Assembly: GCA_951406725.2 (NCBI GenBank)
Contig: OX597839.1
Span: forward strand, 15,624,001-15,688,000
Reading direction: 5' to 3'
DNA from: Octopus vulgaris
Lineage: Eukaryota
DNA length: 64,000 bases
A program made the translations under genes and the position numbers. The notes under the pieces are model-generated. The model saw nothing but the letters and a program-made list of their open reading frames with translations, searched no databases and had not been told where the DNA came from. Positions 28,383 to 43,085 of this stretch are shown piece after piece (position 1 is the first letter of the stretch; each line of letters opens with the position of its first letter).

Positions 28383-28470
28383 AAAATCCCTTGCAAAAGA
28401 TGCTCCACAATTCTATGATGTTGATACCAGTGTATTTGAAATGAACATTAAAATCTGGATTGCAAGTTAT
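28383..28470 (+). CDS. CFAP74: CFAP74 internal exon 3
   Basis: cag|KSLAKDAPQFYDVDTSVFEMNIKIWIASY|gtaagg; phase 2 to 0. Confidence 0.85.
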
Positions 28471-31400
28471 GTAAGGAAGACTATTCAGTAATAATTACAC
28501 ATACATACATGTTTTTCTATAACAAGTGTGAGAAAACAATATATGTTGTTGAGTATAATTGTTTAATGCACTTTGTTGATGCCTGCTATATAATTACCCA
28601 GAGTTTTCATGAACTCTGGCTAATAAGGGAACTAGTTATTCAAACATACAGGACTGTAAAACTCTGTTGTCTTTCCTCCCATTCCCCACCTGTCGTCATC
28701 ACTCTGAAGAACAACAACTGTCTCAAACATTGGATACACCACTCCCCCCCCCCCCCGCCCAGCAATTTCACTGTACTCTTCCTGTTGCTTTTTCCAAATA
28801 GTACAATTCTTATCAATGCAAGCCCTCCACTAGTTTCCTTGGATTCTGTTTTACCATATACATAAATACACTCACAAACACATATGTCTGTATGAATATA
28901 AATTTATACGAATAAATACACACATACACACCATATTGAGACAGTTGGAGAGGTCAATGCCTCACAGTAGCAAGTTTTTTCATCTAAGTTGAGAATTCTC
29001 AGACTACTGTTGCATTAGAGCCTGCTGTTCAGAGATGGTGTGGGATGAGGCGTGTTTAGAGATTTTTCTCATAGAGAGAATACTGACTTGTTTATTGTTA
29101 GCTTCTTTTTTTTTTTTCAATTTGATACAAAGAATTTTAAGTGTTTAAGTGTGCTGTTTGGTTATGGGAGTGTTTGTATATGTAAGTATGTGTACGTTTG
29201 TATGCATATGTAAGTGAGAGTGTGTGTTCACTGAAGAGGTCATTGGATAGTAAATTGAAACCAGATTTGAGATGTGTTAATTTATCAGATTTGAGCTGTT
29301 TTTCATTGTTACTTGTAGTAGCTTGGTAAAATTCTTAGATTTTTATGTGGCACAGGCTAAGAACAAGGTTAGTAGGACTTGAATTTTTGATGGCGAGTAT
29401 GTGTGTGTGTGTGAGAGAGAGTGCATAGGGAATAGTAATTAGAGAAAATGAAATTGAATTATATTTCTAAATGATGTCAGTTGGCTTTCGGAGAAGTTCG
29501 TGTCTTAACTCTTAACTTCCTGTACAACACAGTACAACACAAGACTGAATCAGTCAACCTGTCCTGAAACACACAATATCACATATATCCTACTGAGTTT
29601 GTTTACATTAATTTTGAAGGAAGCGAGAAACTCTCATCCCTGGACCTTACAATGCATTGTTTGCTTCAGAAAGGTACTTCATTTCAAATTGCTCCACTCA
29701 CTCAGCTGGAAGTGAGTACCAGCTTAGTGCTGGGCAGCGCTCTCTCCCTGTAGCTGTCACATCCTCAATGTCCTGCTGGATCAAAGAGTGGGAGGGTTGA
29801 GAAGTGTATGTGTCAGCTTGCAAATACACTGGCAATTACGACAATCATGGCTACATGTGATTAGTTCATACTTGCTTGTGAAGGAGAGCTTTGGTGGGTT
29901 TTTATATATACACCCATACACACATGCGCATGCACACACACACACACTCACACATGCATGCACACATGGTGTAATAGATGAACAAATGTAGTCAAGTGTA
30001 CTGAAATGCTTATTTATATAAGTATAAAAATATACACAGACTTATGCATACACAAGCTGATAGATACAAATGTGTACAAAGAAGTTTATATATATACATA
30101 AAAACACCAGTAAATGAGAGTAGATAAGATATATATATATATATATATATATATGTAATTGGAAGCAATCAAGTGAGGATTCAGAAATAATGAGGTACAT
30201 ACGATGTATAAAAAAGAAATAACAGGTGTGTACATGTACAATTGCATATACTTGTTAATAAGACTATAATACACAGGTTCATGTATAACTGTATGAGCAT
30301 GAAACTTTGGCATTCAAGTGTGCATAAATGTCCATTTCTGCTATAACATACAGGTACAATGCAGCACAAATATAGCATTTTTATAAATACACATATGACT
30401 GCATATATGCAAATGTACTCATATCTATTTTAGGTTGGTTAATCTGTGTGTGTGTGTGCATGTCTGATGGGCATTATAGGATGTTCATGTGGTTGGCAGT
30501 GGAATAGTGTTATCTTAGAGAACTGAATGTATATTCTGTGTCTGCAAAGTATCAGGTCTGTCTTTAGATAAAGATTGTTTTGCTTACTGACAAGGATTAC
30601 TTTCTTTTTGACAATGCTGGGAAGTTGAGCAAGGTTGATGCAATGTTAAATAATGAAACCAGTTGGTTTGGTCCTCCAGCTTCCTGATGCTTTATCTGTC
30701 CAAGGATTCCTGACTGAAATAAAACTACAGGTCACTGTGATGCATCCAACAACCCAATTACTTCAATAAAGTGTTTACTCTACATTTAAGTTGTATTGAG
30801 TTCTCCTTATTTTAGTGGTGCTATTAAGTAAAACTTACCTACTGGTATATCCTCATTAACATCATTTTGATGTCCAGTTTTCCATGATGGCATAGGTCAG
30901 ACAGAATTCAATAAAACAGATTCTCTCTGGCCAGTTTCCCTTGCTGCTGCCAACCCTCACCTATTTCCAAGCAAAGTTCTTTTCCCCATTGCCAAATATG
31001 TTTTGACAAAAGATTAGAAACAAACAACACTTACATGACAATCTTTTCCTACTTCAAGCAATGTTGAAACTATAGGAAGCCTAAACACACACATGCATAT
31101 CTCTGTTTGTGTGTATGCATATATATGAAATTTCTTTGTCTCTCTCTCTGTCTCTTCTTTTTCTCAAAGACCAGCCATGTTGTATATTTGAGTTTGAAGA
31201 ACTATTTGGAATCGTACAATCTTTGTGTTTTCACTGCACAAAACTAATACTAGCTCCAATTTGAATCTTGTGAAAGCTAAAATCTATGGATTTACTCTAT
31301 AGTAAAGTTTAGTTTGTGTGTATGTAGGAGTTTTGATGAATAAGTATCTGGACTGTTTCCATAGTAACGAAGCTAAAGCATGCAGAGTGAAGCCGCTTGG

Positions 31401-31828
31401 CAAAGCTCGACCTTGAACTCTGCTGTGCATGCACACTATATTTTGGGGCCAATCAAAGCTTTGTGAATGACAAACACAATCCAGTATTACGCGGATTCTT
31501 TTATGCTTCTGATGTAGTTCTGGAAATTTAGTTGCTGGAAACTAGGAAGAAGTCTGTCAGATAGACTTCACCTATTTTGGGTTAACAAACGTAGTGCATC
31601 ACTAGGTTTGACACTGCCACTTGTCCTTGGATGCCTTTAATAGAGCCCATTGTATTGCAAGCATTTGAATTGGGTCTGAGAATATTTCCCCCTTTTCCAA
31701 CTTCTGGATTTCAAAGACTTTCATGACAATCATGGACATTGTTCTTCTGCCTCTGACTAAGCTAAAAAATTGTTGTTTTTTCATAAACCTGGCTGTTAAA
31801 TTTAGTTGTCTTTTAACTTCTTTTGTAG

Positions 31829-32002
31829 CGCAAGCCAATCATTTTCACAGTACATGCTGTTGTGACTTCATCTGACCTCCAGTTTAATGAAAGTTCTATT
31901 GACTTTGGTAATTGTACAATATTTGAATCTGCCTGTCGTTATGTTGAGCTGTACAATAAATCCCTCCTGCCTCAACAGTTTGCCTTCCTGAACATACCTT
32001 CC
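31829..32002 (+). CDS. CFAP74: CFAP74 internal exon 4
   Basis: tag|RKPIIFTVHAVVTSSDLQFNESSIDFGNCTIFESACRYVELYNKSLLPQQFAFLNIPS|gttagt; phase 0 to 0. Confidence 0.9.
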
Positions 32003-32251
32003 GTTAGTATATCTTTCATTCTGTTTTTGCTCTTTTGTTGGTTTCAATCATTGTACTGTGGCCATGATGGGAATCATCTTCGGGTTTTTTAGTTGATTTT
32101 ATAGAGTTCAATATTTATTTCAGCCTATTATTACTTATTTTATCTATCTCTATTTGTTGGACTGATAAATTACCTCTTGATGTAAAAGGACACAGTTCAA
32201 TACACCATCATTTATATTAGGATACACAAGCACACATAACACTCAGCGCCC

Positions 32252-32294
<43 letters not shown>

Positions 32295-33413
32295 GAGGTA
32301 CAAAACAATGTAATTTTTACTTTAAAAGTTTTTTTTTTCTAAATCAAATCTTGATTCCTCACATTGTAATAAAATAATGTAAAACAAAGAATAGAAAAAT
32401 TCTACCCTGAATATGGCTGGCAAGCAGGTAGATATTCTATTTATGCATAGACAAAATCTTACAATGTATGAGGGTCAGACCTAATTGAATAAATGTATGA
32501 TCAAAGGCATTTCAGGCCTGATCATATCATTGTTTTCAAGCTTAATGAATCCAGTGCCACATTATCCAATCAGTTAATCCTTTTATGGAGATGGTTGGGT
32601 TTAATTCAAGAGAGATTTGATGGCTGGTATTCTAATGGGTCAAACCACCACACAGCAGTCTCTCTTGTACTTGTATAGCTTCAACTTTGTGGGAAGGATA
32701 TATAAAACAATGGCTGAGAATCTGTTTTTTGGACACGACACCAAGCAGTGTTATTAAGTTACCGATAGACTAAGTCACTACAAGTTGTTACTTATAGGAG
32801 ATTATCAACAATTATAATTTTCTTCATTTATCTTTCAAGAATCCTTTAGCTGTGAAGGCTATAGGTGCACAGCAAGAGACTTAGTCTCTCCTCTCTTCCT
32901 TTCTTGGTCATCAGCCAACTTAAACTCTGTGTGATCTGGGAGAGTAGCTGAGTTTGGCTGCACCATTATATAATGCTTCAAGATATTCTGGTAGCATCTG
33001 TCTTCTCTCTAAGTATGAATAATCATTGGCTTCTGTGTGAGACACCCTTCTGCCTTTTGACAAATTTTATTTTCAATTCTACTGGGAACATACGTATCCT
33101 CCCCACCCAATAAACTGAATTTAAGGGAGATGACTTATTTTCCAACAACCCAACTAAGAGATGGGTTATACTAGGTTACATGGTAGCTGTTGTCATTAGA
33201 ACTTGCCCAAAGCACATTGGTAAATATTTTTATTTACAAGGCTGAAGAAGGATATCAAAGATATGAAATGATATTCAATGGAATCAAAACATAATCACTG
33301 ACTTCTTGACACTCTCAGAGCTGATAGGTAGTTACACAGAGGTGGGGGAGATTGAATAGAAAATCAGTATGAGTGGCATGAAGAATAATAATAATGGCAT
33401 TTTTGTTTCCCAG

Positions 33414-33547
33414 TGTGTTGATGTACAACCAAATGATGGCTTTGGTACTATACTACCTTTAGAAAGTCTGACGCTGGAAGTTGTGTTCCAACCAAGCACT
33501 GCTAAGGAATATGAGTTTGATATTGTGTGTAAGACATTAACAAACAG
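33414..33547 (+). CDS. CFAP74: CFAP74 internal exon 5
   Basis: cag|CVDVQPNDGFGTILPLESLTLEVVFQPSTAKEYEFDIVCKTLTN|gtaact; VDVQPNDGFGTILPLE is a CFAP74 hallmark; phase 0 to 2. Confidence 0.93.
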
Positions 33548-36430
33548 GTAACTACTGGTATTTCATAAGTATTTCACTTTTAAAATATGCTTTTGTTTCT
33601 CATTTCAATTACTATTAGAGAGATATTTCACACTTAGTTTTGTCTTGTATATACATCATTCCTGTTGATCAGCTCCAAGTCAGCCCTGATCAAGCTGATA
33701 TATGATCAAAGGCATTCAAGATATTAAATCCTTTTTTTTTAAAGCATAGTGTATGCCAGATTAGCATTGTGTACTCCAGACTTATTCAGTGTGTCGTATC
33801 TTTAAAACAGTACAGTATAGCTTTAGGAAGGTTTGGGTGCTATTTCTAGTTAATCAAATGACCATATGGAGACTACCTTGTTATTAATGACGTTGTATTC
33901 ATTGTAGCTGTAAGGAATATTTCTTTCATTTTTGCCAAGATATTGTCTTCTAAATAAAGCAAACTATCGCATTTGCTGTATGACAAAGTAGTACAGTCAA
34001 CATAGGGAGAATTTATTAATATTGGTTGTTTAGTGAAAATGTCATATAAAATGTCTAGCTGCAATAATTATTGAGCAAAGACATTTTAGTGAATGTGCAG
34101 CAAGATATCATATTGAATGTGTAGCCAATACATTATATTGACTATCTAGTGGAGATATGACAATGATTGTCTAAGATATCACACTGATTGTCTAACCAAG
34201 ACATCACATTGATTAGCTATAGAAAATATAACAATCATTGTTACTACTAATATATACTAGGGTATATTGTCTAGTAAATACACTACACCACTTGTGTTGT
34301 TTTGGCAAAATATTGGAAAAAATTTTGAATTATATTTTGTAGCAAATATTTATTATAAAGTGAAAATATAACACTTTATATCAGCTGTCATAAAATGGTG
34401 GTGGTGGTCTTGGTTGTCAAATACATCGTAAATGTTTTAAAGGGATTTTTTTTTTAAAATTAGAGCTTCAACAAGATATTTTACACTACCTGGTTTCATA
34501 CAACTGGTCTGGAAATAGGCACCAGTGCCACATTGTATTAAAGAATAAATATAACGATAAATAAAACTACAAAATGAGGGTAAATATTAATGACATCTGT
34601 CTTTCATGTGTGTTAATCTATGAATCACTCACCCATCTGCCTAGCTATCCATCCATCCAACTACTTATTTATCCAGTTCTATATGCATGTGTGTGTGTGT
34701 GTGCAGGTTTTAAAAATCTGAACATATCCTTATAGTGTCAATGCTGTGAGGCAAAGGTGGGGAAGTGGATAGATTCTCAGTTGACAATGGCATGTATCAG
34801 AAATGGCAGAGCACTGAAGAAGCAGTTTTATAATATCTAATTTTATAACTTTTCTTTGATGAAAAGTAAAATTCATCCCTGATAGGATTTGAATTCAAAT
34901 GGACATAGATAGAGGAAACTAAATAAGATAAATCATTCAGTCGAATCTCTTGAATAACTTTAGTAGCATAAAGTTATTTTGTATCTATATCAAATCTTCC
35001 CATTTTTTTAAAATACAATTTTGCAAATTTCTTGGAACTGTTTCTCAAGGAATCAAATACTGGGCAAACTAACTAGTGACTTATGGTTTAGACTGTTCGC
35101 AGTCGCAGAAAGGGGATTCCACATTATGTCCTCATTTCATTTTGGTTTTTGCTATTAGACAAAATCCAACATCAAGTTAAATGAAGACCTTTCCACTTGT
35201 TCTATATGGCATCTGTGAATTTAAATACTAAATACTAAACACATCAACACTGAATGGCAGTATTCCATCTCCCTAGAACTGTTCTTTCAATATCTGTCTT
35301 AAATGTTATCTTTACATTTTCAGTTAAAATTCTGCAGGAGTTTGTATCACTTTTGTGGGTCATATTAGTACCTGTAATACAATGAGGTTGATTCAATTGC
35401 CTACACACCTCCTCACAATTTGACATCTATCACTAAAAACACCATTGTGTTAATGGAGTGCAGGTGTAAACCTCATAACCCATTCAATGACTGTTCATCT
35501 TCCTGTAGTATATTTCTGTGGACAGTTTGTTGCAGCTCACCTCGAAATGGTACCCAAAATGGTATTTATCAGTTGAAATTATTTGTCTCTTTCTTAGACA
35601 AAAGGATTGCTCCAGTGTATTAGATTCCTCTTCTTCTTACAACATACAGTTATCTAAACACATACATGAAGTTCACTGAATAATTTTTGCTGACACAGAC
35701 CACCACCTGTTTCCTCAGGCTCTGTTTTTATTATCAATTTATAGTATTTACACAGTGATGAGTTGTTTATACTTTGTGATAACCTATTTTATAGCTCATG
35801 AACTGTAAAGAGGTGTCTATTTTTTCTTTCTACACCAAAACAGGCTAAGCTAATTGGAAGAACTTGTTCAATTTTAAGTTGTGTAAGTGCAGTCGTTTCA
35901 TTATTGACCTGTATGTTGCCTCTTAATGAGTTGACAATGATGCAGGTTCAATCCCAGAGTGACAACAGTAGCATTAAGTAGACAAGATTTCTTTTTAATT
36001 TGGTTGTTCACCTGTCTACAGAGATTATCTTCTTAGAAGATCTGGTACCCATTCCCAACAGCTATGTGTCATGTAGAATAGTACTCATTGTAACAATAAA
36101 AAATTTGAAGTGGATTTGAACTGGAGACATATGACCCAATACTCCTATACATTATCCACTTAGCCGTTCCACTTGTAAAATTAACCAAATTTTAAAATAA
36201 TAAAAAAATTTATTTCCTATGTTTCTTTGTTGCTTTAACGGTTAGGTTTGGCTGCACCCATGGCCTATGTGGGCCCTTTAAAATTGATGAGCTCACTGCC
36301 ATAGATGTTTTTATTGAATAATTCACAAGTTAACATCTGCAGGAGAAATAGCATGAAATGTAATAAATGTAACTAAAAACCAATTTCAAAAATAGCATCT
36401 TAATTTTTATCATTTTTTAAAATATTTCAG

Positions 36431-36597
36431 TGAGTTCCCACTGAAATGTAAGGGTTTGGGTATTGCTCCACCCCTAAAACTGTCACATCAGGTAATCAAT
36501 TTTAAGGGAACAGCTCTGTACGATAAATCAGAAGCAACTGTCTACCTCTCCAAATATCCAGACAACCAAGAGACGAAAAATGACAGCAGCCAAAAAG
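36431..36597 (+). CDS. CFAP74: CFAP74 internal exon 6
   Basis: cag|EFPLKCKGLGIAPPLKLSHQVINFKGTALYDKSEATVYLSKYPDNQETKNDSSQK|gtgagt; phase 2 to 1. Confidence 0.88.
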
Positions 36598-37920
36598 GTG
36601 AGTTGAAAATATAGACATCATCATCATCATCATCATTTTTCTTGCTGACATTGTTTTGTTTTGTTTTTCGTGGTTTTCTCTAAAGGAAAAGGCTGTACAC
36701 TTGGTCTCAAAGGTACCTTTGCAGGTCCTCTGGGATCTGTGAGATTCAGAATAGTTATGTTCTTTTTAAATAACCATGTGTTGACAGCTACAGGTAAAAT
36801 ATGACAAGGGAGTAAAAACCCAGAGATAAGGTTGGTTAATAAGGACCTGGGGAGTGAACAGAGTATGAGTCATGATAGGAGAAAGGAGTGAGTTGGGAGG
36901 GCTTGAGTGGAATTGGTACAAAATAAGCCACTCCAGAAAGTAGAAACCACAATTTTTATGGGTAAGGGTTAGGGTTTAAGTGAGGGGACACAGTTTTGTT
37001 GATGAGAGATTGGAGAGTGTGAGTTACTTGTTAATCAGTCAAATAACCATTTTTTGTGGGATTGGGGTGGAGACTAGGGTGGCTACATTTGTAGTCACAA
37101 CACCCTACAGATGTAGCTCAGTATTCCATTGTGGGTTTCACTTGAGATTTGTATAGGGTTAGTAACTACTGAGAGCTGGAATATTTTCTAGACCAAGGCC
37201 AGTTTTTTTTTTTCTTGTTTTGTGATGCAGTCCAGTGTATCAAAGCTGTTGTAGCTCAGGTGATGTTTCTAATTTGTTGAACTGAAAATATGTGTTGATA
37301 TGTAATTTCTCCTTTGTTTCAATAATAAATCCCCTCTGGCATTATTAGTGTTTCATGTCTGTTTTGATAGGAGAGTACTAGACAACCAGGTGAGAATTCA
37401 GTAGTTCACAAAGTACTGTGGGCTGCAAGTATAACTATGGCATTTGTCAGAATGACTGAGGAAAATCTCCAGGCGATGCCTTCTGCATGAAGGGCAATTA
37501 ATTAATTTGATTCTGACAAATATAATCTTGCTAAAATGTAATTAAAAGAACACCCATATTTAGTTGATAGCTTTTAAAGTTTAATTCTGGAATTTAGAAC
37601 CCCTCACCTATAATTTATTCACATTCGATTTTAATTAATTTAAATTTCAGAGTCTTTATTGACCATAGTTAATTATTATGCTAATGGATTTTGTCACCTC
37701 ACAGCATGTATCTGTAATGGATAAAATATTTTTGGTTTGCTACATGACATATGTTAACACCGGCCATTGTGTTGGTGGCCAGGATAATTGTCTTGAATGG
37801 CACTGTTCTCTTGGCTGTAAATATACTCTGTTGTGATACTACTCTAAATTTGATAACCCCTCCTATTTAAGTAAAATTATGAGGGTTGGCTTAGATACTA
37901 CATTGCATAGATATTACATT

Positions 37921-40118
37921 GTACCGAGCTGCGGCGCCCAAACTAGCTCGAATTTTATGCCTCTAGAGATGTGAACACGATACTTCAGAACATTCTGAAT
38001 TCAATATGGACGGCATGTGCAGCATCAGTACCATGCAAGCACAAAAAAAACACCCCATAGTGCAATTTGGGAGACTGCAGCAGTCTGACTTGCCAGGAAA
38101 GAACGCCATAAGGCTGAACAGGAATACAAATTGCACAAATCAGAGATCAACAGGAAAAAGTGCAATAGGTCAGCCAACCACCTCAAGCAGGTGACAAAAA
38201 AGGCAGTGCTTGAATTCGAACAGCGCATAGCAACCAACCCTGACAGCAAAGTGTTCTGGAAGTATGTACACTCAAAGCAGAGACCTCACTCTCAAGTTGG
38301 TCCCCTTCGCAATCCCCACACAGGAAAGATTACTGGCAATCCCAAAGAATGTGCAGAAATCATTGCTGGATGCTATACCAGCATCTTTACTGTCGAAGAT
38401 CAAAATGTTCCATCTTCATCACCTCTGACACCGGACTCTATATCTACTATGAAATTTACACCAGCAATGCTACAACACCACCTTAAGAATAAATATAACT
38501 ATGCCTCTCCTGGTCTCGATGGTGTTACATACCTACTTCACAAACGAGGTGGGTACTTTCTTCTAAACCAACTTTCACTATTCTTTCAATTCTATCTTAA
38601 CAATTGTGTTACTCCAGAGCAGTGGAAAACTGCCAGTGTTATCCCTCTGTTCAAAAAAGGTGACCGCACATCACCTGTCAGCTATCACCCCGTTAGTCTT
38701 ACTAGCTGCATCGCCAAACTGATGGAATCCTGTGTCAGAGAAACCCTCTGGAACTTCTGGAAGTCTCACAACCTCATCCAGCTGGCACAATTTGGATTTA
38801 TTCCTAACTCCAGCTGCTGTAATCAACTCATCGAGTTTCTTGAGGACGTTACCCAAATCATTGATCACGGATCCTGGGTGGATGTTGTCTACCTGGACTT
38901 TGCTAAGGCTTTTAATTCTGTGCCACACAAAAGACTTATGGTGAAACTCTCTGCAATGGGTGTAAGAGATGTTCTCTATAACTAGTTGAAGTCCTTCATT
39001 ATCGGCCGAAAAGAGGTTGTCACAGTTCTAGGACAGCACTTTTCACCCTATGAGATGACATCTGGTGTACCACAGGGATCTGTTCTTGGCCCCCTTATAT
39101 TTGTTGCATATGTTAATAACATAGATGCCAACTTAAAGAATGCCACAGTGATGAAATATGCAGATGACATCAAGCTGTACCTCGAAATAAAGAGGACAGA
39201 TCCTGTACACTATAGATCTTTATTGCAATCAGACCTGGACACAATGCAGCAGTGGATCATGGACTCGCAACTCAAGCTGGCTGTGGACAAATGTACCACC
39301 ATGTATTTTGGGAGGAGAAACCCAGCATCTATTTACTCCCTCCACAACACTAATCTCAAAAAGTATTCTTGTGAACGTGACCTGGGTGTTATTGTCGACA
39401 GTGATTTGCGTTGGACAAAACACATTGCTAAAATTGCCAAGAAGACTGAGGGTGTCTTGGCATCACTCACCAAGTCTTTTGTGAGCCGCTCTCCAGCTAT
39501 CTATCTGAGACTTTATATAGCTATGGTGCGACCTCACCTGGAATTTGCATCACTGGTCTGGAACCCCTATCTTGCCCAGGATATTAATCATCTGGAAACT
39601 GTTCAGTGACGTGCAACCAAGAGAATACCCTCCATCAGGCATTTGCCATATCCTGAATGCCTTACTTCCCTGGGCATGGATACATTGAAACTCCGATGTC
39701 TGGCAGCTGACTTGGCAGACACCCATAAAATTATTAACCATCTTACAAACAATAACTCTGAGCACCTTTTCAAACTCCACCTGTCTAACACCCGTGGACA
39801 TGTTTACAAAGTCAGAAAACAGCACAGCTCCCATGACTTTCAGAAACATTTTTTCACGCTAAGAGTTGCTGAAGCATGGAACAAACTGCCGGCATCAGTT
39901 GTTAGTTGTGGGAGCACTGCATCCTTCAAAATTTCCATGCTTCCTGAGATTCGCCAACACTGCACCTGATTTTCTCCCCTCCATACACACGCAAACATGT
40001 ATCTGACTCATACACTGTCCACTTTCCAGACATTTGTACATTACTGCATATGCTTTATATGCACTTTTGACAAGTTGTGGTGCACCTGAGCACTGTATAC
40101 AATAATTTCATTATTATT
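37921..40118 (+). mobile_element. 5'-truncated CR1/L2-like LINE, second copy
   Basis: Closely similar to 18411-20555; RT ORFs 38131-38985, 38986-39609, 39643-39969 broken by stops; same 3' end. Confidence 0.93.
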
Positions 40119-40395
40119 ATATAAAGAATAAGAGGAAGGAGAATTGGTCATAGGCACAACATTGTGATATTGGTATGATTTGAACAACCGACTTCTTGAC
40201 CCATTCTCCAAACTGAAAGGAGGCAGCTACCAAAAAGGTACGAACCTTAAATTTTATACGAGATAAAATAGAGAACTTCAATATTAAAATGACTGCATTG
40301 TAGTCATTTAAAATTACTACATTTCTGTTAAATGACTCCATTGTAACAACAGGCAAAGTCATACATGATATTTGTATTGTGTTATTTATTTGCAG

Positions 40396-40499
40396 GCAAG
40401 CATCACTCAAATACAGAAATTGTTTCATTTGAGTTTGTAATTCCTGAAGATGTACCTATTGCCATTTTCCCTTGTGTTGGCAGTGTCTATGGCAATGAG
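40396..40499 (+). CDS. CFAP74: CFAP74 internal exon 7
   Basis: cag|KHHSNTEIVSFEFVIPEDVPIAIFPCVGSVYGNE|gtaaga; phase 1 to 0. Confidence 0.87.
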
Positions 40500-41039
40500 G
40501 TAAGATGACAAATCATAGAAATATGTTTTATAGAAGTTTTCTTTGTGCAGTTTCTTCTTTATCCATGAAAGGGACTTATTTTATTTATTATCTATATTAT
40601 AATTGGTGAACAATGGCCTCATTAGTTTCAGGTTTCCAACAGATCAATCACTGGTTCACTGCATGTCTAATGGTGAGGGTCTCCAGGGAGCATTTATTTT
40701 TAAAAAAAGCAGAGGTTTTACTTATTTACATCTTTACCCAGAACCACACTAGTAGCTTAGGAATGAATTTAGGATTTCTCAGGTTTTCTGTGAATCAATT
40801 TTGATAAAACTTTTCCCAGCTGGTTTGCACACTATGGCAACACAGTTGTGATGTTTTCATTATTCTGTGTAACATCTTTTTTTTATTCCAATAGCTTTTG
40901 AATGAAAATAGCCCATCTAGACTTTTTTTCTGAAAATGAAGGGTAATGATACATATTAAACATACATGGAATATATATTTAGCGGAAAACTATAATAGTA
41001 TTGTGTTTATTGACGTGATGAATTATTTAGTCACATGAG

Positions 41040-42070
41040 TGCCAAGGAAGAAATGATCCAATTGTGGGGCCTCCAAGATTGTGACAACTAGGGATTTAAG
41101 GAATATTGGCTGCAAGTTACATGGGAAACCTGGAAAAACAAGCAAAGCCATTTTCACTGCAACTGGACTTCTTCATGTACTGCAAACCACCAGAAATCAC
41201 ATCCTTAGGACCATAGTTTCCATGTAAGGACCCCTGAAACTGCCTTCTCACAGGAGTTTGAGGCTTCATTGGGCCCAAAAGTACATGACATTAGACATGA
41301 CTTGTGTTCTGTTTACTGATGAAACCAGGGCAACCCTTGATGAACCTGACAGTTGGGCAAAATGGTTGGTTTTATTTTGGAGATGAGCATCACCAACATT
41401 TACAACATCAACAACAGGGTGGAGGGGTCATGTTGTGGGTTGGTGTCATTGGGGACAGACTTGTTGGCTCAGTCAGGGTGCCTGAAGAGGTTAAAGTGAC
41501 CACAGCTGCCTACTGCAATCTCCTGAAGGAGGTCTTGGATCCCTGACTTGATGACATACTGCTGTCACTTCTAAGGAATCTCATATTCATGCATAACAAT
41601 GCTCCCTCACACTCTGCTAGGACCACCCAAACATTTCCAGGGTCTTACAGCATACAAGGTGAAAAGTTGATGGTGTGGCCACTGGCATCTCTGGATCTCA
41701 ACCCTATCGAAAATCTGGCCCATCATTAAACAAGATGTTTATGCCAACAGACGCCAATTTACGTCAAAAGATGTTTTATGGGTAGGGGCGTAGCTAGAGT
41801 AAATGATGTCCAGGGCAAGCATCAAAATTGCCTCCGACACCTAACCAAAAAGTGGAAACTCGCATAGAAATGACTTAATTAGAAAATGATCTTGGCCAAA
41901 ATTGTGCCCCCTTCAAAGTGGTGCCCAGGGCATGTGCCCCACTTGTCCCACCCTAGCTACACCCCTGCTTATGAGCTACCATCAAAGCTTCAGCAGAGGC
42001 AGTCCTATTTTGTACTATTAAGAAATGACCAGATTCTATCACTAACAGGGTTTTTGAAGTTACATGTCGA
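41040..42070 (+). mobile_element. Tc1-like transposase relic
   Basis: VLFTDETRATLD..., GGGVMLWVGV, FMHNNAPSH, WP..SLDLNPIENL motifs with stops and frameshifts. Confidence 0.75.
41783..41967. mobile_element. hAT-like MITE nested in the Tc1 relic
   Basis: Termini taggggcgtagctag / ctagctacacccctg; flanking 8-mers tttatggg and cttatgag (6/8 identical) suggest an 8-bp TSD. Confidence 0.65.
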
Positions 42071-42149
42071 AATGGAGCTCATGAGGCTTGATAATTCCTT
42101 ATGTCAATGAATGCTATATCATTATTATTATTATGGTTTTCTGTTTACT

Positions 42150-42760
42150 GTACAGCAGCGGTCATAATATAAGGATCAATGAGAACAAGTGTGTTGAAAT
42201 ATTTATTATAGAAGATTAACAAAACGTTGAGACTAGATATTTTACACATATTTAGATATGTCTAATATCTATCTTTCATGAAAATTTTAAATGAATGGAA
42301 TAAATATTTCATAAGTTATGAGGAAATAAACAAATAGTCTTCCAAACTGCAACGGCCAAAAGTTGAGGGTCACTTAGAAAAACAATGAAAAATCAAACAA
42401 GAACAAAAAAGAAACCCTTACTATTAATATTTTGTGAACATCTCTTTACTATCAATGACCTCCTGACATCTGTTACCACAGGACTGAATTAATTTCTTGC
42501 AAAATGATGGAGTAATATTGTTCCATTCATTTTTCAATAATTCCCAGAGTCCATCTTGGTTCTTTGGATCTCTCCTTCGTGTCCCACCTCCAATAATCTC
42601 CTAAACATTTTCTGTAGGTTTGAGACTGAGACTTTGAGGTGGACAGTCCATGAGATCAACCCCTTCATCACTCAAAACATCTTTGACTCTCTTCGCAGTG
42701 TGACAGGGTTTGTTGTCCTGCACAAAGAAAGGAGATTGAACTGTCTCCCATGCCTTTGAA
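42150..42760 (-). mobile_element. Tc1-like transposon 3' relic
   Basis: Minus strand VQDNKPCH...LMDCPPQSLSLKPTENV-like motifs; terminus tacag at about 42151. Confidence 0.55.
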
Positions 42761-42769
42761 CAGGGCCTT

Positions 42770-43085
42770 AAGCTCAATTCAGATGGCTAAGTGAAGCTAC
42801 TAGAGGCTGGTTAAACCTAGATAGGAGATGGTTGCTGCAAGAAGGCCATATGTGTGACTGCAGGATTTGACTCCTTGCCATACCTCCTGAAAGAGCAAGA
42901 AATGGTTGTCAGAGAATATCTTATGAATTCACCAACTCCAATGTTTTACCTCCTAATTCCACCAACTGTAACCGCATGGATCATTATGTGTGGGGCGAAG
43001 TTGAGAAAGACGCCAGCCGCTCTGTGTGCAACACCAAGGCTGAGATGGTGGCCTAGATCAAAGAGGTGTTCGAAGGCCATTCTAG
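42770..43085 (+). mobile_element. Tc1/mariner-superfamily (maT-like) relic; related pieces at about 51270-51960 (-) and 60040-60830 (+)
   Basis: Shared PYVWQQD.AP.H...SENFYDF..P..WPPNSP.CNP.DYYVWG.VE-like segment. Confidence 0.6.

Noticed and set aside
36492-36497. Internal cag|gtaatc donor-like site in CFAP74 exon 6
   Set aside because: CFAP74-like sequence (FKGTALYD) continues past it, and its phase would not match exon 7.
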